64,000 nucleotides of DNA from Bacteroidota bacterium. Its GTDB lineage: Bacteria; Bacteroidota; Bacteroidia; Chitinophagales; LD1. The first letter of the stretch is position 1. Every line of letters begins with the position of its first letter. The position numbers were made by a program, and so were the translations under genes. A model generated the notes under the pieces. The model did no database searches and was not told the DNA's origin. It saw only the letters and a program-made list of their open reading frames with translations. This document shows positions 54,274 through 64,000 of this stretch, one piece after another. The stretch lies in contig JAOQAO010000067.1 in NCBI GenBank assembly GCA_025963485.1, forward strand, positions 796 to 64,795. The letters run 5' to 3'.

Positions 54274-56547
54274 CTATTCTCCCACTGCTATCTTGATCAT
54301 CGACTGACCACTTGCAGAAAATACGCTGACCAGATACATGCCCGTACTGTTTTTACTCAGATCAAGGTTTTTGCTGTTCTTTCCGGAGTTTACATTCCAG
54401 TCATCGCCGTATATTTTTTTGCCGGTGATGTCATAGACTTCTATGGTCAGCTCTTCGCTTTTATCTGCAGTATAGCTGAGTGTAAACCTTCCGGTATTCG
54501 GATTTGGATAGAGCTGTACATTTATAGTACTACCCGGTATTTCACCTACACCTGAGGTCAGCGCTGCGGCGATCACGGCGGCATAGGCATTGATCTTGCC
54601 GTGTCCCCAGGTATTGAGCCCCTGTAGTGGCGGCACACCCGTGAAATTATCCAGTATAGCCGTTTGCGCCAAAATGGTCCTGATCTGTGCAGGTGACAGA
54701 TTAGGATTGGCCTGCAGCATCAGGGCTATGATACCAGAGGTACACGGCGTAGCCATCGATGTACCTGACAGCTGCGCCCAGTAGTGAAAATTGCCGTTAT
54801 TAAGGTCCTGAAACCTGCTCACCAGGTCCGTATGGCTGCTGCCGGACGGCAGGAAATCCGCATCGAAGGAGCTCACCGCCGACACCACGCAAAGCCCCGG
54901 TGCTGTGATGTCCGGCTTGATCCGGCCATCCGCTGTAGGGCCCCTGCTGGAGAATGGCACCAGATCGCCAAGGGAAGTATAACTCTGAAAGGTGTAAGTA
55001 CCACCGATCAGGTTTTTATAAGTGATCTTGGCGGAATAGGCGCCTGCAGAAATAGCCGATTCTGAAGCGACCATATCGGTAGTGGTCTCCATCGTATCGC
55101 CCGGAGTAGCCCAGCTGATATTATTTTTGATCAGATCGCCAAAGTAGCCTTCTCCTGCACTCACATAGCCATTCCATATATCGGCATGGCCATCGCTTCC
55201 CTTCACCGACAGGAAAACGCCTTCCGTCACCTTGCTATATAGTGTCAGATAGATCCTTGGTTTGTGGTTAAACTCAGACGTCGAGGTAGCTATCGCCACA
55301 TAGCAGGTGTCGTGATTGGTACCGACCAGTTTAAATGTATGTACACTATTATCGAGGCATACATAACCTGTACTGTCTGCGACAGCGCCGGCACCCATCA
55401 GACCGACCTGGAGGCAGAAACTCTTCGATGAATCTCCCCATATATCGATCCATGTTTTCTTGACGGGAAGGTAAGTCACAAAAGACACAAAGCTGCTGAC
55501 GACAGAATCCACCGGGGTGAACGCCTTGCGAAGGTGCAGGTGCACGTCACCGTCATTGCCCGCAGCGCATACGAATATTTTGCCCGGACCTGTGAGCGCA
55601 TCACAGGCTTCGCTGAAAAGTGAAAGCCCGTCATGTGGTCCCACCGGCGAACCCCAGCTAAGATTGATCACCGCCGGTTTGCCTACTGAGGCTGCATATG
55701 TATAGATATAGTTCATGCCATCTATAAAATCAGACATGCCTGTATTCTGCCACTGGCCTGAGTCGGGCATGATGCCTACCAGTACGATATCACTCTCGAA
55801 AGCCATACCGCGATAGACGCTATTGCTTGTACTATTGGCGCTGTCATTGCTGCCATATCCGCTGCCTGCGGCAATGCCAGCTACATGTGTACCGTGTGTA
55901 GCATAGATATTGTCCGTGCCCTGAGCGATGATGTTATTTGTGTCGCTGATCTCGTGGCCATAAGCAAAGCCGGCCGGAGGCGTACCCACTGTCTTTTCTT
56001 CCCAAATCCTTTTGATGCGATAATGAGTGCCGGACGTATCCCAAAAAGTAGGATGCGTATAATCATAGCCGACGTCTATCACACCTACCACGACATTCTT
56101 GCCAGTATATGCATGAGGAAGATTTATTCCTTGCTGCACCGAGTCTACGCGCGTTGTTTTGCGCGCAGAGTCGAGCTGCATACAGACGGGCTCATCGAGC
56201 TCTATATAGTCTATCCCCTTTATTTTTGTGAAAGCTTCGATTTTATCGATAGGGATGATAGCAGTCCAGACCTTACCAGCACGCGTGCCGACATGTACGC
56301 CTATCGCCTCCAGATCCGATGATACGATGTCTTTATTGACTTTGATCAATGCACTCATATAGATTCCATTGGCAGTCTTTTTATAGACATAGTCCGGTTG
56401 TATCGGGTTTTTATCACCACCATTTTTGATGGTTTGCATATACATCATTGTCTTTGGAGACAACTTCGCGCCACCTTTATTCTCCTGTGCCGACACCTGA
56501 AAAATACCCAGGCACAAAACGACGGCCACAAATAAACTTTTTCCCAT
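54274..56547 (-). CDS. S8 (subtilisin-like) serine peptidase with T9SS type A C-terminal sorting domain
   Basis: Catalytic triad blocks VGVIDVGYD, HGTHVAGIAAG and SGTSMATPCTSG. The C-terminus is VQLYPNPNTGRFTL...GMYLVSVFS...IKIAVGE. Confidence 0.9.
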   Translation of the reverse strand: MGKSLFVAVVLCLGIFQVSAQENKGGAKLSPKTMMYMQTIKNGGDKNPIQPDYVYKKTANGIYMSALIKVNKDIVSSDLEAIGVHVGTRAGKVWTAIIPIDKIEAFTKIKGIDYIELDEPVCMQLDSARKTTRVDSVQQGINLPHAYTGKNVVVGVIDVGYDYTHPTFWDTSGTHYRIKRIWEEKTVGTPPAGFAYGHEISDTNNIIAQGTDNIYATHGTHVAGIAAGSGYGSNDSANSTSNSVYRGMAFESDIVLVGIMPDSGQWQNTGMSDFIDGMNYIYTYAASVGKPAVINLSWGSPVGPHDGLSLFSEACDALTGPGKIFVCAAGNDGDVHLHLRKAFTPVDSVVSSFVSFVTYLPVKKTWIDIWGDSSKSFCLQVGLMGAGAVADSTGYVCLDNSVHTFKLVGTNHDTCYVAIATSTSEFNHKPRIYLTLYSKVTEGVFLSVKGSDGHADIWNGYVSAGEGYFGDLIKNNISWATPGDTMETTTDMVASESAISAGAYSAKITYKNLIGGTYTFQSYTSLGDLVPFSSRGPTADGRIKPDITAPGLCVVSAVSSFDADFLPSGSSHTDLVSRFQDLNNGNFHYWAQLSGTSMATPCTSGIIALMLQANPNLSPAQIRTILAQTAILDNFTGVPPLQGLNTWGHGKINAYAAVIAAALTSGVGEIPGSTINVQLYPNPNTGRFTLSYTADKSEELTIEVYDITGKKIYGDDWNVNSGKNSKNLDLSKNSTGMYLVSVFSASGQSMIKIAVGE

Positions 56548-56654
56548 TTCCTGTTTTTCTTTACCGCAAGATATACATTTTTTGCAGCGCCTGATATGCA
56601 GGAAACCTCAAAATGCCTTGGCTCTTACTATCTATTTCCCCATCTTCGCAGTCC

Positions 56655-58742
56655 ATGCTTTTATATCCGTCACATACCTTAGAGAAATTAGAGTTTGACA
56701 AGATCAGGATACTCATATCTCACTACTGCCGCAGCGAGGCCGCACGGGATCTGGCCCTCGCTCTGGAACCTATGACCGAGGTGGCAGAGGTGCGCAAGCA
56801 CCTGCTGCACGTCCATGATTACCGCAAGATCATGACAACGGGTTCAAACTTCCCATTGGATTACGTAGCCGATCTCAGCAAGGAGATCACGCTGCTCGGC
56901 ATCACCGATGCAGTCCTCGATCCTGAGTCCTTTACCAAGCTGAAGCGCACGGCCTTATCTATAGAAAGTATTTTCCGGTTCTTTACAGCCAATAAAGAAT
57001 TGTATCCCCACCTGGAGTCTATCGTCAGTGGTATATATTATGAGAAGGAGATCGTAAATATGATCAATGCGGTCTTTGATGAAAATATGATCGTCAAGGA
57101 TAATGCATCGAAAGAGCTAATGGATATACGCAGCAAGCTCAGCAAAAAACGCAGTGAACTCAACCGGGTTTTCAACCATATCATACAACGCTATGCCAAA
57201 CTGGGCATACTCACCGACTCCGGCCAAAGTATCCGCAACGGCCGCAAAGTGGTCTCCATCGTAGCGGAAAGCAAAAGGCAGCAGGGCGGCATCATACACG
57301 ACGAATCAGATAGCGGCAAAACGGTCTTCATGGAGCCAAAGGAAACAGTGGAGCTGAACAATGAGATATTTGAATTCGAGCGGGCAGAGGAACGCGAGGT
57401 ATACCGCATCCTAAAAACACTCACGGCTCAGATCGCATTATACAAACAGCTTATAGAAAGCTATCAGAGCGTAATAACTAAATACGACCTCATACAGGCG
57501 AAGTCAAAATTTGCCAATGATATCAATGCGTCCTATCCTGTAGTATCCGACAAGCCGGTGATATATCTGCGTAAGGCAGTGCATCCATTGCTTTACCTGC
57601 ATCTGCGTAGGGTCAAAAAAGAAACTATACCGCTCACTATCCGGCTCGATGACAATGAGCGTATACTCGTGATATCCGGCCCCAATGCCGGCGGAAAAAC
57701 GATCACGCTCAAGACTATCGGCCTGCTGCAGATCATGCTACAAAGCGGGCTACACGTGCCTGTAGATGAGCGCTCCGAGATGGGAGTGTTTCAATCTCTG
57801 TTCGTCGATATAGGCGACTCACAGAGTATAGAAGATGAACTCTCTACCTATTCATCTCACCTGCGCGCGATGCGTTTCTTTATAGATAATTCTGACAAGA
57901 AGACGCTTTTCCTCATCGATGAATTTGGCACTGGTTCCGACCCCGCATTAGGTGGTGCTTTCGCGGAAGCGATATTGGAGGAGCTGGCATTCAAGCGCGC
58001 CTATGGAGTCGTGACTACGCATTACCTCAATCTCAAGATCATGGCCAATAAGGTCAAGGGCATCGTCAATGGCGCGATGATATTTAATGAGGAAACACTG
58101 ATGCCAACCTATCAGCTCACTACCGGCAAACCGGGCAGCTCCTATACCTTTGCGATAGCGGAGAGGACGGGCCTGCCGCGCATGCTGATAGAGCGTGCTA
58201 AAGAACTCGTCGATACACAGCATTATCAGCTCGACCACCTGCTCAACAAGGTTGAACAGGAGCATCAGCTGCTAATAGAGAAGGAGAAGGAACTGACAAC
58301 AAAAAGCACCGAACTCAGCGCGCTGAAAAAAAATTACGAGGAGTTGCTCAACAAGGTCAAGATAACGAGGGAGAAGCAAACGAATCAATCAGTAGTTCAG
58401 AATAGCTCTAAAACTACTCACTTCATACGGGAAGCAGAAAGGCGTTTACAGAAATTGCTGAAAGACTGGGAAACGCGCAAGGACCTTGACGCAGTAGCGG
58501 CACAAACAAAACAAGTGCTCAAAGTCGATAAGCCGGAGCCAGAAAAAGAAAAGCCCAAACCACAACAACAGGAAAAGAAAAAAGAGCCTGTCAAACAGGT
58601 TAAAACAAATCCCGGCATGAAGGTCAAAGTGCTATCCTTTAATAAAAACGGAGTCATCGAATCCGTCAAGGGAAATAAAGTGACTGTGATAATAGATGAC
58701 ATGCGCATGACCGTCAGCAAGGACGATCTGGTCAATATCTGA
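56655..58742 (+). CDS. MutS2-family protein (MutS domain V ATPase) without a recognisable Smr domain
   Basis: Walker A block ISGPNAGGKTITLKTIGL, then DEFGTGSDP and TTHY. The C-terminus is a K/E-rich linker plus a KOW-like VKVLSFNKNGVIESVKGNKVTV segment, followed by the stop. The start is set at MLLYPSHTLEKLEFDKI. Confidence 0.8.
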   Translation: MLLYPSHTLEKLEFDKIRILISHYCRSEAARDLALALEPMTEVAEVRKHLLHVHDYRKIMTTGSNFPLDYVADLSKEITLLGITDAVLDPESFTKLKRTALSIESIFRFFTANKELYPHLESIVSGIYYEKEIVNMINAVFDENMIVKDNASKELMDIRSKLSKKRSELNRVFNHIIQRYAKLGILTDSGQSIRNGRKVVSIVAESKRQQGGIIHDESDSGKTVFMEPKETVELNNEIFEFERAEEREVYRILKTLTAQIALYKQLIESYQSVITKYDLIQAKSKFANDINASYPVVSDKPVIYLRKAVHPLLYLHLRRVKKETIPLTIRLDDNERILVISGPNAGGKTITLKTIGLLQIMLQSGLHVPVDERSEMGVFQSLFVDIGDSQSIEDELSTYSSHLRAMRFFIDNSDKKTLFLIDEFGTGSDPALGGAFAEAILEELAFKRAYGVVTTHYLNLKIMANKVKGIVNGAMIFNEETLMPTYQLTTGKPGSSYTFAIAERTGLPRMLIERAKELVDTQHYQLDHLLNKVEQEHQLLIEKEKELTTKSTELSALKKNYEELLNKVKITREKQTNQSVVQNSSKTTHFIREAERRLQKLLKDWETRKDLDAVAAQTKQVLKVDKPEPEKEKPKPQQQEKKKEPVKQVKTNPGMKVKVLSFNKNGVIESVKGNKVTVIIDDMRMTVSKDDLVNI

Positions 58743-58743
58743 T

Positions 58744-60339
58744 CTATTTAAAAATGCTCCAATCGGCCCAGGCCTTTCTCTGGACATCGGCGGGATCATT
58801 GTCGACATGCGACTTTTTATCAAAGATCATCGTGTACCGTCCCGACGTATTGTATTTTCCCCATACATTTTGTCCGGTTGAATTTGGATTGCCATAGCGT
58901 GCAAAGTTCGCCCAGCTCTGTTGCATCTGTTGCGAGATCCGGTGTACTGCTTTTCTGTTCGCACCGATAGTAAATAACTTACCAGGGCCCTTGTCCAATG
59001 TGCCGAACACGAATGGCAACTCCAAACCATGACAAGCCCGGAGACCCACCATCTTGAGGAGTGGCGAAGACCAGTCAAAGCGGTACATATAGGTAGAGGC
59101 ATAAGTATTTTGCAGCTCGCAGCAACGGATAGACGGCATCACAAATATGCCGTCGGTGGTCATATCCATCACACCTCTTTTATGCGGGTAGTGGCGATAG
59201 GTGGCGATAAGTTTATTTCTTGATTCGAGTTCAATATTGGCCAGGTAAGGTTGCAGGCCCAAAGCATTTTTGGGGGTGATACCAATCCTTTTGATAGCAA
59301 GCAGCGTCGCCTCATCTTTATTGGTGCCGATCATGATATCTACACCTGCAGCCTTGCCGGCCTTGATAGCACCCATCACATCGCTGGGGATAAACGTCCC
59401 GTCTATCGTCGGCGACAACACCTTCACCGTAGTAGGCTCGTGCATCAGCTCCGAGATCAGCCGGTCCATAACCGTGACCAGCGAATCCGTACTAACAGTC
59501 ATTAGCTGATCGAGATGGTCCGGGGAGACGTTGAGCATTTTGAGGTATCTCACTGTCAGCGTAGTGGCCGTCTGCGGCTGCCATGGGAATTCCGGAGAGC
59601 CACTCTCTACGATGGCTCTTTTGAAAAGGCCTTTGGCCGCTGGTACATTTAGCAATGTCAGCACACTGACCGCACCAGCCGATTCACCAAAGATGGTCAC
59701 CGTCTCAGGATCACCACCGAAAGCTGCAATATTTTCCTTCACCCACTGCAAAGCAGCGACCTGGTCGCGGATGCCGAGGTTATTATCAAAACCTGTCTGG
59801 TTGCCTTTTATGCCATCGAAATAGAGAAAGCCTAAAGCACCAAGGCGATAGTTGATCGTCACTACTACCACGTCTCCATTTTTAGAGAGATTAGCGCCAT
59901 CATACAGTGGCGACACACCGGAACCAACAAGAAAGCCACCACCATGTATCCAAACCATCACCGGCCGTTTTTTCCCATCTGCAGCGGGTGACCATACATT
60001 CAGCGAGAGGCAGTCTTCGCCTTGTTTGACCGTTTCCTTAGTAGCTCTGCGCGTTTGAGGCGCTACATGACCGACCGCTATCGCATCCTTCACACCCGAC
60101 CAGCTTTCAGGCGCTTGCGGCGCACGGAACCGGAGGTCACCTACAGGCTGCTTTGCATATTGAATACCGCGCCATACGCAGACGCTGTCTTCTGAAGTTC
60201 CGTGCAGCAAGCCTTGCTTAGTAAGGACAGTGAATGTGGTAGGGGAATTATTATCAATAGCAAAAGCATTGACCGCAAAAATGCATATCAAAGCAACCGC
60301 TGATGCTTTCTTAAAAACACTCGTAGACATCCTCTGCAT
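58744..60339 (-). CDS. type B carboxylesterase/lipase family protein, secreted
   Basis: Signal peptide. Contains EDCLSLNVW, VWIHGGGF and the nucleophile block FGESAGA. Confidence 0.85.
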   Translation of the reverse strand: MQRMSTSVFKKASAVALICIFAVNAFAIDNNSPTTFTVLTKQGLLHGTSEDSVCVWRGIQYAKQPVGDLRFRAPQAPESWSGVKDAIAVGHVAPQTRRATKETVKQGEDCLSLNVWSPAADGKKRPVMVWIHGGGFLVGSGVSPLYDGANLSKNGDVVVVTINYRLGALGFLYFDGIKGNQTGFDNNLGIRDQVAALQWVKENIAAFGGDPETVTIFGESAGAVSVLTLLNVPAAKGLFKRAIVESGSPEFPWQPQTATTLTVRYLKMLNVSPDHLDQLMTVSTDSLVTVMDRLISELMHEPTTVKVLSPTIDGTFIPSDVMGAIKAGKAAGVDIMIGTNKDEATLLAIKRIGITPKNALGLQPYLANIELESRNKLIATYRHYPHKRGVMDMTTDGIFVMPSIRCCELQNTYASTYMYRFDWSSPLLKMVGLRACHGLELPFVFGTLDKGPGKLFTIGANRKAVHRISQQMQQSWANFARYGNPNSTGQNVWGKYNTSGRYTMIFDKKSHVDNDPADVQRKAWADWSIFK

Positions 60340-60340
60340 A

Positions 60341-60366
60341 ATTTCAAATTTTGAAATGCAAAAATA
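60341..60366 (-). promoter_or_regulatory. -7-like box (TATTTTTG on the minus strand) followed by a perfect 8-bp inverted repeat abutting the esterase ATG
   Basis: + strand CAAAAATA at 60359-60366 reads TATTTTTG on the minus strand. ATTTCAAA-T-TTTGAAAT occupies 60341-60357, 2 nt from the start codon at 60339. Confidence 0.35.
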
Positions 60367-60441
60367 CCAATCTCAAAGCATTAGTGGGATATTATATCAC
60401 AAACAGCTGGATTACATCTGCTTATTGGTAAAAAATAACAG

Positions 60442-62340
60442 TTACGCAAACCACTTTTTGTACCAGTACTGGAAGACGATGAGTCCCCAGATGCGGGCAT
60501 GAACCTCACCGGGATCGGAGGAGAAAAGTTTGCGCTTGAGCTGTTGTATCTCAGAGAGATTGAAGATGCCTTGTTCCGAGATAAAGTCATTATTCAGCAG
60601 ATCATCTTCAATGAGCGACTTCAATCCCGTCCTGAACCATTTGAGGAGGGGGACTTCAAAGCCACGTTTCGGGCGGGTGTAAAGTTCATCAGGAAGTACG
60701 TCGCGGAAAGCATCTTTAAGTATTTTCTTGGTGTGCCCTTCGCCTATTTTAAATTTGGTCGGAATCGTAAAGGCGAAATCCACCACCGTGTAATCGAGTA
60801 TCGGCACACGCACTTCGAGACTGTTGGCCATGCTCATCAGGTCGACCTTAGTGAGCATGTCATTGGGCAGGACCATTTGCGTATCGGCCATCAGCACATC
60901 ATTGATAGAGTTTTTGCCTTCGACGAATTTCAAGACAGCAGCTTTACGTGTCTCTATTTCAGATTTATTGACGGCATTGGCATTTTTGAGCAATCGCAGT
61001 GCGTCGCTCTCATCTACAAAGGCGCACCATCTCCAGTATCTTTCTTTAGGTGAAAGTTTCAGGCCGACGCCGTAGCGCTCCAGCTGGCGAAATACATTCG
61101 TGAATTTTGAATTGCGCGACTTCGGCAGCATTTTCCAGATCGGTAATCCTGTCTTAACTGCCGTATTGACGAAGTTATTTTGCCGCGCGCGCATCTCGGC
61201 ATCGTGCTTATTATATCCGGCAAAAAGTTCATCACCGCCATCACCCGATAATGATACAGTCACATGCTTGCGCGTATGCATACTCAATATATATACAGCT
61301 ATAGCTGAGGAGTCGGCAAATGGTTCATCGATATAGTTGAGAATATCAAACAGGTGCTCGTACATATCATCGGTAGTGATGCTAAAGACCGTGTGATTTG
61401 TTTTGAATTTCTTAGCGACGAGATTGGCATACTGCGTTTCATCAAAGAAAGGTTCGTCTTTGAAGCCAATAGAAAAAGTATTGAGGTCTGGTTTATGTTT
61501 AGCCGCTAGCGAAACAACGATCGAGGAATCTATCCCTCCACTAAGGAAAGCTCCAAGCGGAACGTCAGACACCAGTCTCCTTTCCACTGATGCATCAAGC
61601 AGCGTCCTAAGCTTAGCTTTAGCCGCAGTATATGACTCAGGAGTTTCGGGTACCAGGCGCGAATCACCGAAAGGCACCTGGTAGAATTGGGCTTTACTGA
61701 TCTGGCCCTTCTTATCTATAGTCATATACCATCCCGGCAGAAGGCGCGACACATTTTTCAGAATAGAGGATGTACCCGGAATATAGTTGAGTTGCAAATA
61801 AAGCGCGAGCGAATCAAAATCAATTTCTTTTTTGACCGGGAATGAGAAGATCGCTTTCAACTCGGATGCAAAAATGATCTTCTCACCATCATCATACACA
61901 TGGAGCGGCTTGATGCCCATCCTGTCACGGGCGATAAAGATGCTTTGCTCAGCAGCATCATAAATAGCAAAAGCAAAAAAGCCGTTGAGATGCTGAAGGC
62001 AGTCTTTGCCCAGTTTGATATAGAGATCGAGCAGTACCTCTGTATCTGAAGAAGATTGAAATTTTTTATCAGCGAAAAACTGCGTGCGCAGCTCGCGGTA
62101 ATTGAATATCTCGCCATTGAAAATGATGGTGTACCTCCCTGTCTCATCAGTCATAGGCTGCGTAGCACAATCGGTAGTATCTATAATAGATAGGCGTGCA
62201 TGCCCGAGACCCACATGAGGAGAAAGAATACGCGACACCTGTTTGTCAGGTCCCCTGAGCGAGAGCGCCTTGAGGGCCTGATCCAGAGGAGCCTTGAGAT
62301 TGCCTTCAGATCGCGAGAAATATCCAACTATACCACACAT
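60442..62340 (-). CDS. asnB: asparagine synthase (glutamine-hydrolysing)
   Basis: Ntn amidotransferase start MCGIVGY and PP-loop FLSGGIDSS. 632 aa. Confidence 0.9.
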   Translation of the reverse strand: MCGIVGYFSRSEGNLKAPLDQALKALSLRGPDKQVSRILSPHVGLGHARLSIIDTTDCATQPMTDETGRYTIIFNGEIFNYRELRTQFFADKKFQSSSDTEVLLDLYIKLGKDCLQHLNGFFAFAIYDAAEQSIFIARDRMGIKPLHVYDDGEKIIFASELKAIFSFPVKKEIDFDSLALYLQLNYIPGTSSILKNVSRLLPGWYMTIDKKGQISKAQFYQVPFGDSRLVPETPESYTAAKAKLRTLLDASVERRLVSDVPLGAFLSGGIDSSIVVSLAAKHKPDLNTFSIGFKDEPFFDETQYANLVAKKFKTNHTVFSITTDDMYEHLFDILNYIDEPFADSSAIAVYILSMHTRKHVTVSLSGDGGDELFAGYNKHDAEMRARQNNFVNTAVKTGLPIWKMLPKSRNSKFTNVFRQLERYGVGLKLSPKERYWRWCAFVDESDALRLLKNANAVNKSEIETRKAAVLKFVEGKNSINDVLMADTQMVLPNDMLTKVDLMSMANSLEVRVPILDYTVVDFAFTIPTKFKIGEGHTKKILKDAFRDVLPDELYTRPKRGFEVPLLKWFRTGLKSLIEDDLLNNDFISEQGIFNLSEIQQLKRKLFSSDPGEVHARIWGLIVFQYWYKKWFA

Positions 62341-62350
62341 GTGTCGAAAA

Positions 62351-62395
62351 TAGTATTTAGTGCGTAGTATTTAGTAGTAAGTATTAAGTAATTAG
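62351..62395. repeat. AGTATT(T/A)AGTA-type stuttering repeat just upstream of the asnB start codon
   Basis: TAGTATTTAGTgcgTAGTATTTAGTAGTAAGTATTAAGTAATTAG. It shares exact words with 25487..25525. Confidence 0.75.
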
Positions 62396-62409
62396 ACAAA
62401 GACATTCTA

Positions 62410-63837
62410 TTAGACCTTTTTGAGCAGATGCGGTTTTTCATTGTATATCTTGATGATCAGTTCACCAAAAAGCGTATTAGCCCAGGCGAACCATTTTCGA
62501 GTGTAGCGCGATGGATTGTCAGCGCTAAAGCCTTCGTGCATGAAACCTGTGCCAGCATGTGTAGTTTTGATAGTATTCAGGCAATAGCTGATCTCGTCAT
62601 CGTCGTCGCTGGTCAGTGCACGTGCGATCAGGCTCAGGTGCCAGACGTAGCCTTTAGGTGTATGGTCGCTACCGACGCCTTCAGCATGTTTGCCTTTGAC
62701 GAAATAGGGATTGCCAGGGCTCAGGACCATCTTCCGCGTATTGCGATAAATGGGATCATCTTTGTGGACTGCCCCAAAATAGGTCAGGCTAAGCAGATTG
62801 GGCATATTGGGTTCATCTATCACCAGGCGATTGCCTAGGCCGTCTATCTCGTATGAATAGACAAGTCCATCCTGGGATTGGTATTGGGCATATTCGTTTA
62901 TCGCTTTTGATATTTCCGCCGATAGGTCGGCGCACTCTTTTGACAGCGCATCCTGTTTTAAAGCTTCAAAAACATTCGCCAGTTGGGTCAATGATACCAT
63001 AGCAAAGAAATTGGATGGTATCAGAAAAGGGTAGGTCGTAGCATCATCCGATGGACGAAACATAGAGCATATAAGGCCCACAGGTTTGACAGGTGCTCCG
63101 TAGCCCTTATTGGTCAGTGTATCTTTATTTGCCAATATCCCCCGTTGAAAATGATATGGGCCCGGTGACGTTTTTCTTTGCTGTTCTTTAAAGGTCTTTA
63201 AAACAGTCTTCATAGCGCTCACCCATTCTGCATCAAATAAGGATAGGTCATCGCTGACCTGCCAATACCGGTATGCAAGGCGGATGACATAGCACAAGGA
63301 ATCTACTTCCCATTTACGCTCATGCAGTTCCATTTTCATGTCCGTATTGTCGCCGTACCATTCGCTCCTTCTTGATGCATCATAGTTGAAGGCATTGGCG
63401 TAGGGATCGATGAGCACCGAGCGCGCATGACGGTTGATCACACCTTGTATGAGTTTTTTCAGCACGGGGTCCTGATTGATATAAGGTACATATGGAAATA
63501 TCTGTGCCGATGAATCTCTCAGCCACATCGCATCGATATCTCCGGTAATGACAAAGGTGTCTGCCTTGCCTTTGTTGATATTCTCATGATGGGTGATCGT
63601 CGTGTCTAGTGTATTGGGAAAGCAATTTTCAAATAGCCATGCGAGTTCGGGATCGGTTATACCGGCCTTGACTTTAGCTATCTCAGCTTCTATCGCCGGG
63701 CTGACAAATTTCCTTTGCGCCAAAGGTGGCCGCCGGCTCTCATATTTATTGACGGCCGAAAAAAGAGTTGCCGGGCTGATAGCTAATCCCCCGGCAACTA
63801 ATGTTGTATTGACAATAAATTCCTTTCTGTTCAGCAT
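62410..63837 (-). CDS. glycoside hydrolase family 125 (metal-independent exo-alpha-1,6-mannosidase, DUF1237)
   Basis: The block FVITGDIDAMWLRDSSAQIFPY and the overall length of 475 aa fit GH125. A Tat/Sec-like N-terminal signal is present. Confidence 0.75.
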   Translation of the reverse strand: MLNRKEFIVNTTLVAGGLAISPATLFSAVNKYESRRPPLAQRKFVSPAIEAEIAKVKAGITDPELAWLFENCFPNTLDTTITHHENINKGKADTFVITGDIDAMWLRDSSAQIFPYVPYINQDPVLKKLIQGVINRHARSVLIDPYANAFNYDASRRSEWYGDNTDMKMELHERKWEVDSLCYVIRLAYRYWQVSDDLSLFDAEWVSAMKTVLKTFKEQQRKTSPGPYHFQRGILANKDTLTNKGYGAPVKPVGLICSMFRPSDDATTYPFLIPSNFFAMVSLTQLANVFEALKQDALSKECADLSAEISKAINEYAQYQSQDGLVYSYEIDGLGNRLVIDEPNMPNLLSLTYFGAVHKDDPIYRNTRKMVLSPGNPYFVKGKHAEGVGSDHTPKGYVWHLSLIARALTSDDDDEISYCLNTIKTTHAGTGFMHEGFSADNPSRYTRKWFAWANTLFGELIIKIYNEKPHLLKKV

Positions 63838-63873
63838 AAGTCGACGATCATTGAAAACAACAATATATGTATT

Positions 63874-63911
63874 CCATTTTCAAATTTTCAAATCGCCGAA
63901 TCAGCACATCC
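63874..63911. repeat. short dispersed AT-rich element, copy 2
   Basis: CCATTTTCAAATTTTCAAATCGCCGAATCAGCACATCC. It shares CATTTTCAAAT, TTCAAATTTT and AATCAGCACATC with 18136..18182. Confidence 0.7.
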
Positions 63912-63912
63912 T

Positions 63913-64000
63913 TTATTCATCCTTGCCATGGCAATTTTTGTACTTCTTGCCGCTTCCGCATGGACAAGGGTCATTGCGGCCTATCTTATCTCCCACGCGT
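63913..64000 (-). CDS. secA: 3' end of a SEC-C-motif protein, most likely SecA (N-terminus outside the window)
   Basis: The reverse complement reads ...[31 protein letters not shown], which is the zinc-binding C-terminal tail typical of SecA. Confidence 0.65.
   Translation of the reverse strand, partial: [28 protein letters not shown]

Noticed and set aside
1-64000. Search for mobile elements, prophage, defence systems, tRNA/rRNA genes and CRISPR arrays across the window
   Set aside because: I recognised no integrase, transposase, recombinase, restriction-modification, Cas, helicase-nuclease or phage structural motifs in any tracked ORF. I saw no tRNA-like T-arm (GGTTCGAATCC-type) or rRNA-like sequence. 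The SWIM protein and the ParE-like pair alone are not evidence of a defence island.

Overview
Dense 64-kb chromosomal segment of a Bacteroidota genome. The phylum call rests on SprA, type A and type B T9SS C-terminal sorting domains, a split transketolase, TAnnTTTG-type promoter boxes and AT-rich leaders without Shine-Dalgarno sites. The finer lineage cannot be determined from the sequence alone. I can support about 50 protein-coding genes. Most are housekeeping: asd, split tkt, beta carbonic anhydrase, murA, udk, tatA, gatA, ruvA, slyD, lpxH-like, YebC, MutS2-like, asnB and the secA 3' end. Secreted or T9SS-related genes are interleaved with them: sprA itself, a 2595-aa modular adhesin, an SBBP propeller protein, an S8 peptidase, a type-B-CTD beta-helix-like protein, an 806-aa collagen-like protein and a PNGase F-like protein. 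I found no rRNA, tRNA, CRISPR array, transposase, integrase or phage gene, and no recognisable defence system. The items most worth a second look are: (1) the collagen-like/type-B-CTD/PNGase F-like neighbourhood at 1-6150. (2) Three GT-C-type membrane glycosyltransferase genes, one disrupted by two compensating frameshifts, wedged between the two halves of the split transketolase. (3) A B12-binding plus MeaB-type G-domain fusion that resembles IcmF without its mutase barrel. (4) The giant adhesin, which carries both dockerin-like and cohesin-like modules, has a 477-nt-period internal repeat, and has related short repeats on both flanks. (5) Short AT-rich repeat words shared between unrelated intergenic regions. 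(6) A DUF1569 gene interrupted by an in-frame TAG. All family assignments come from motif recognition by eye and memory; no searches were run. ORF-track coordinates include the stop codon. Several tracked ORFs begin at upstream alternative start codons, and I trimmed those to the likely ATG.
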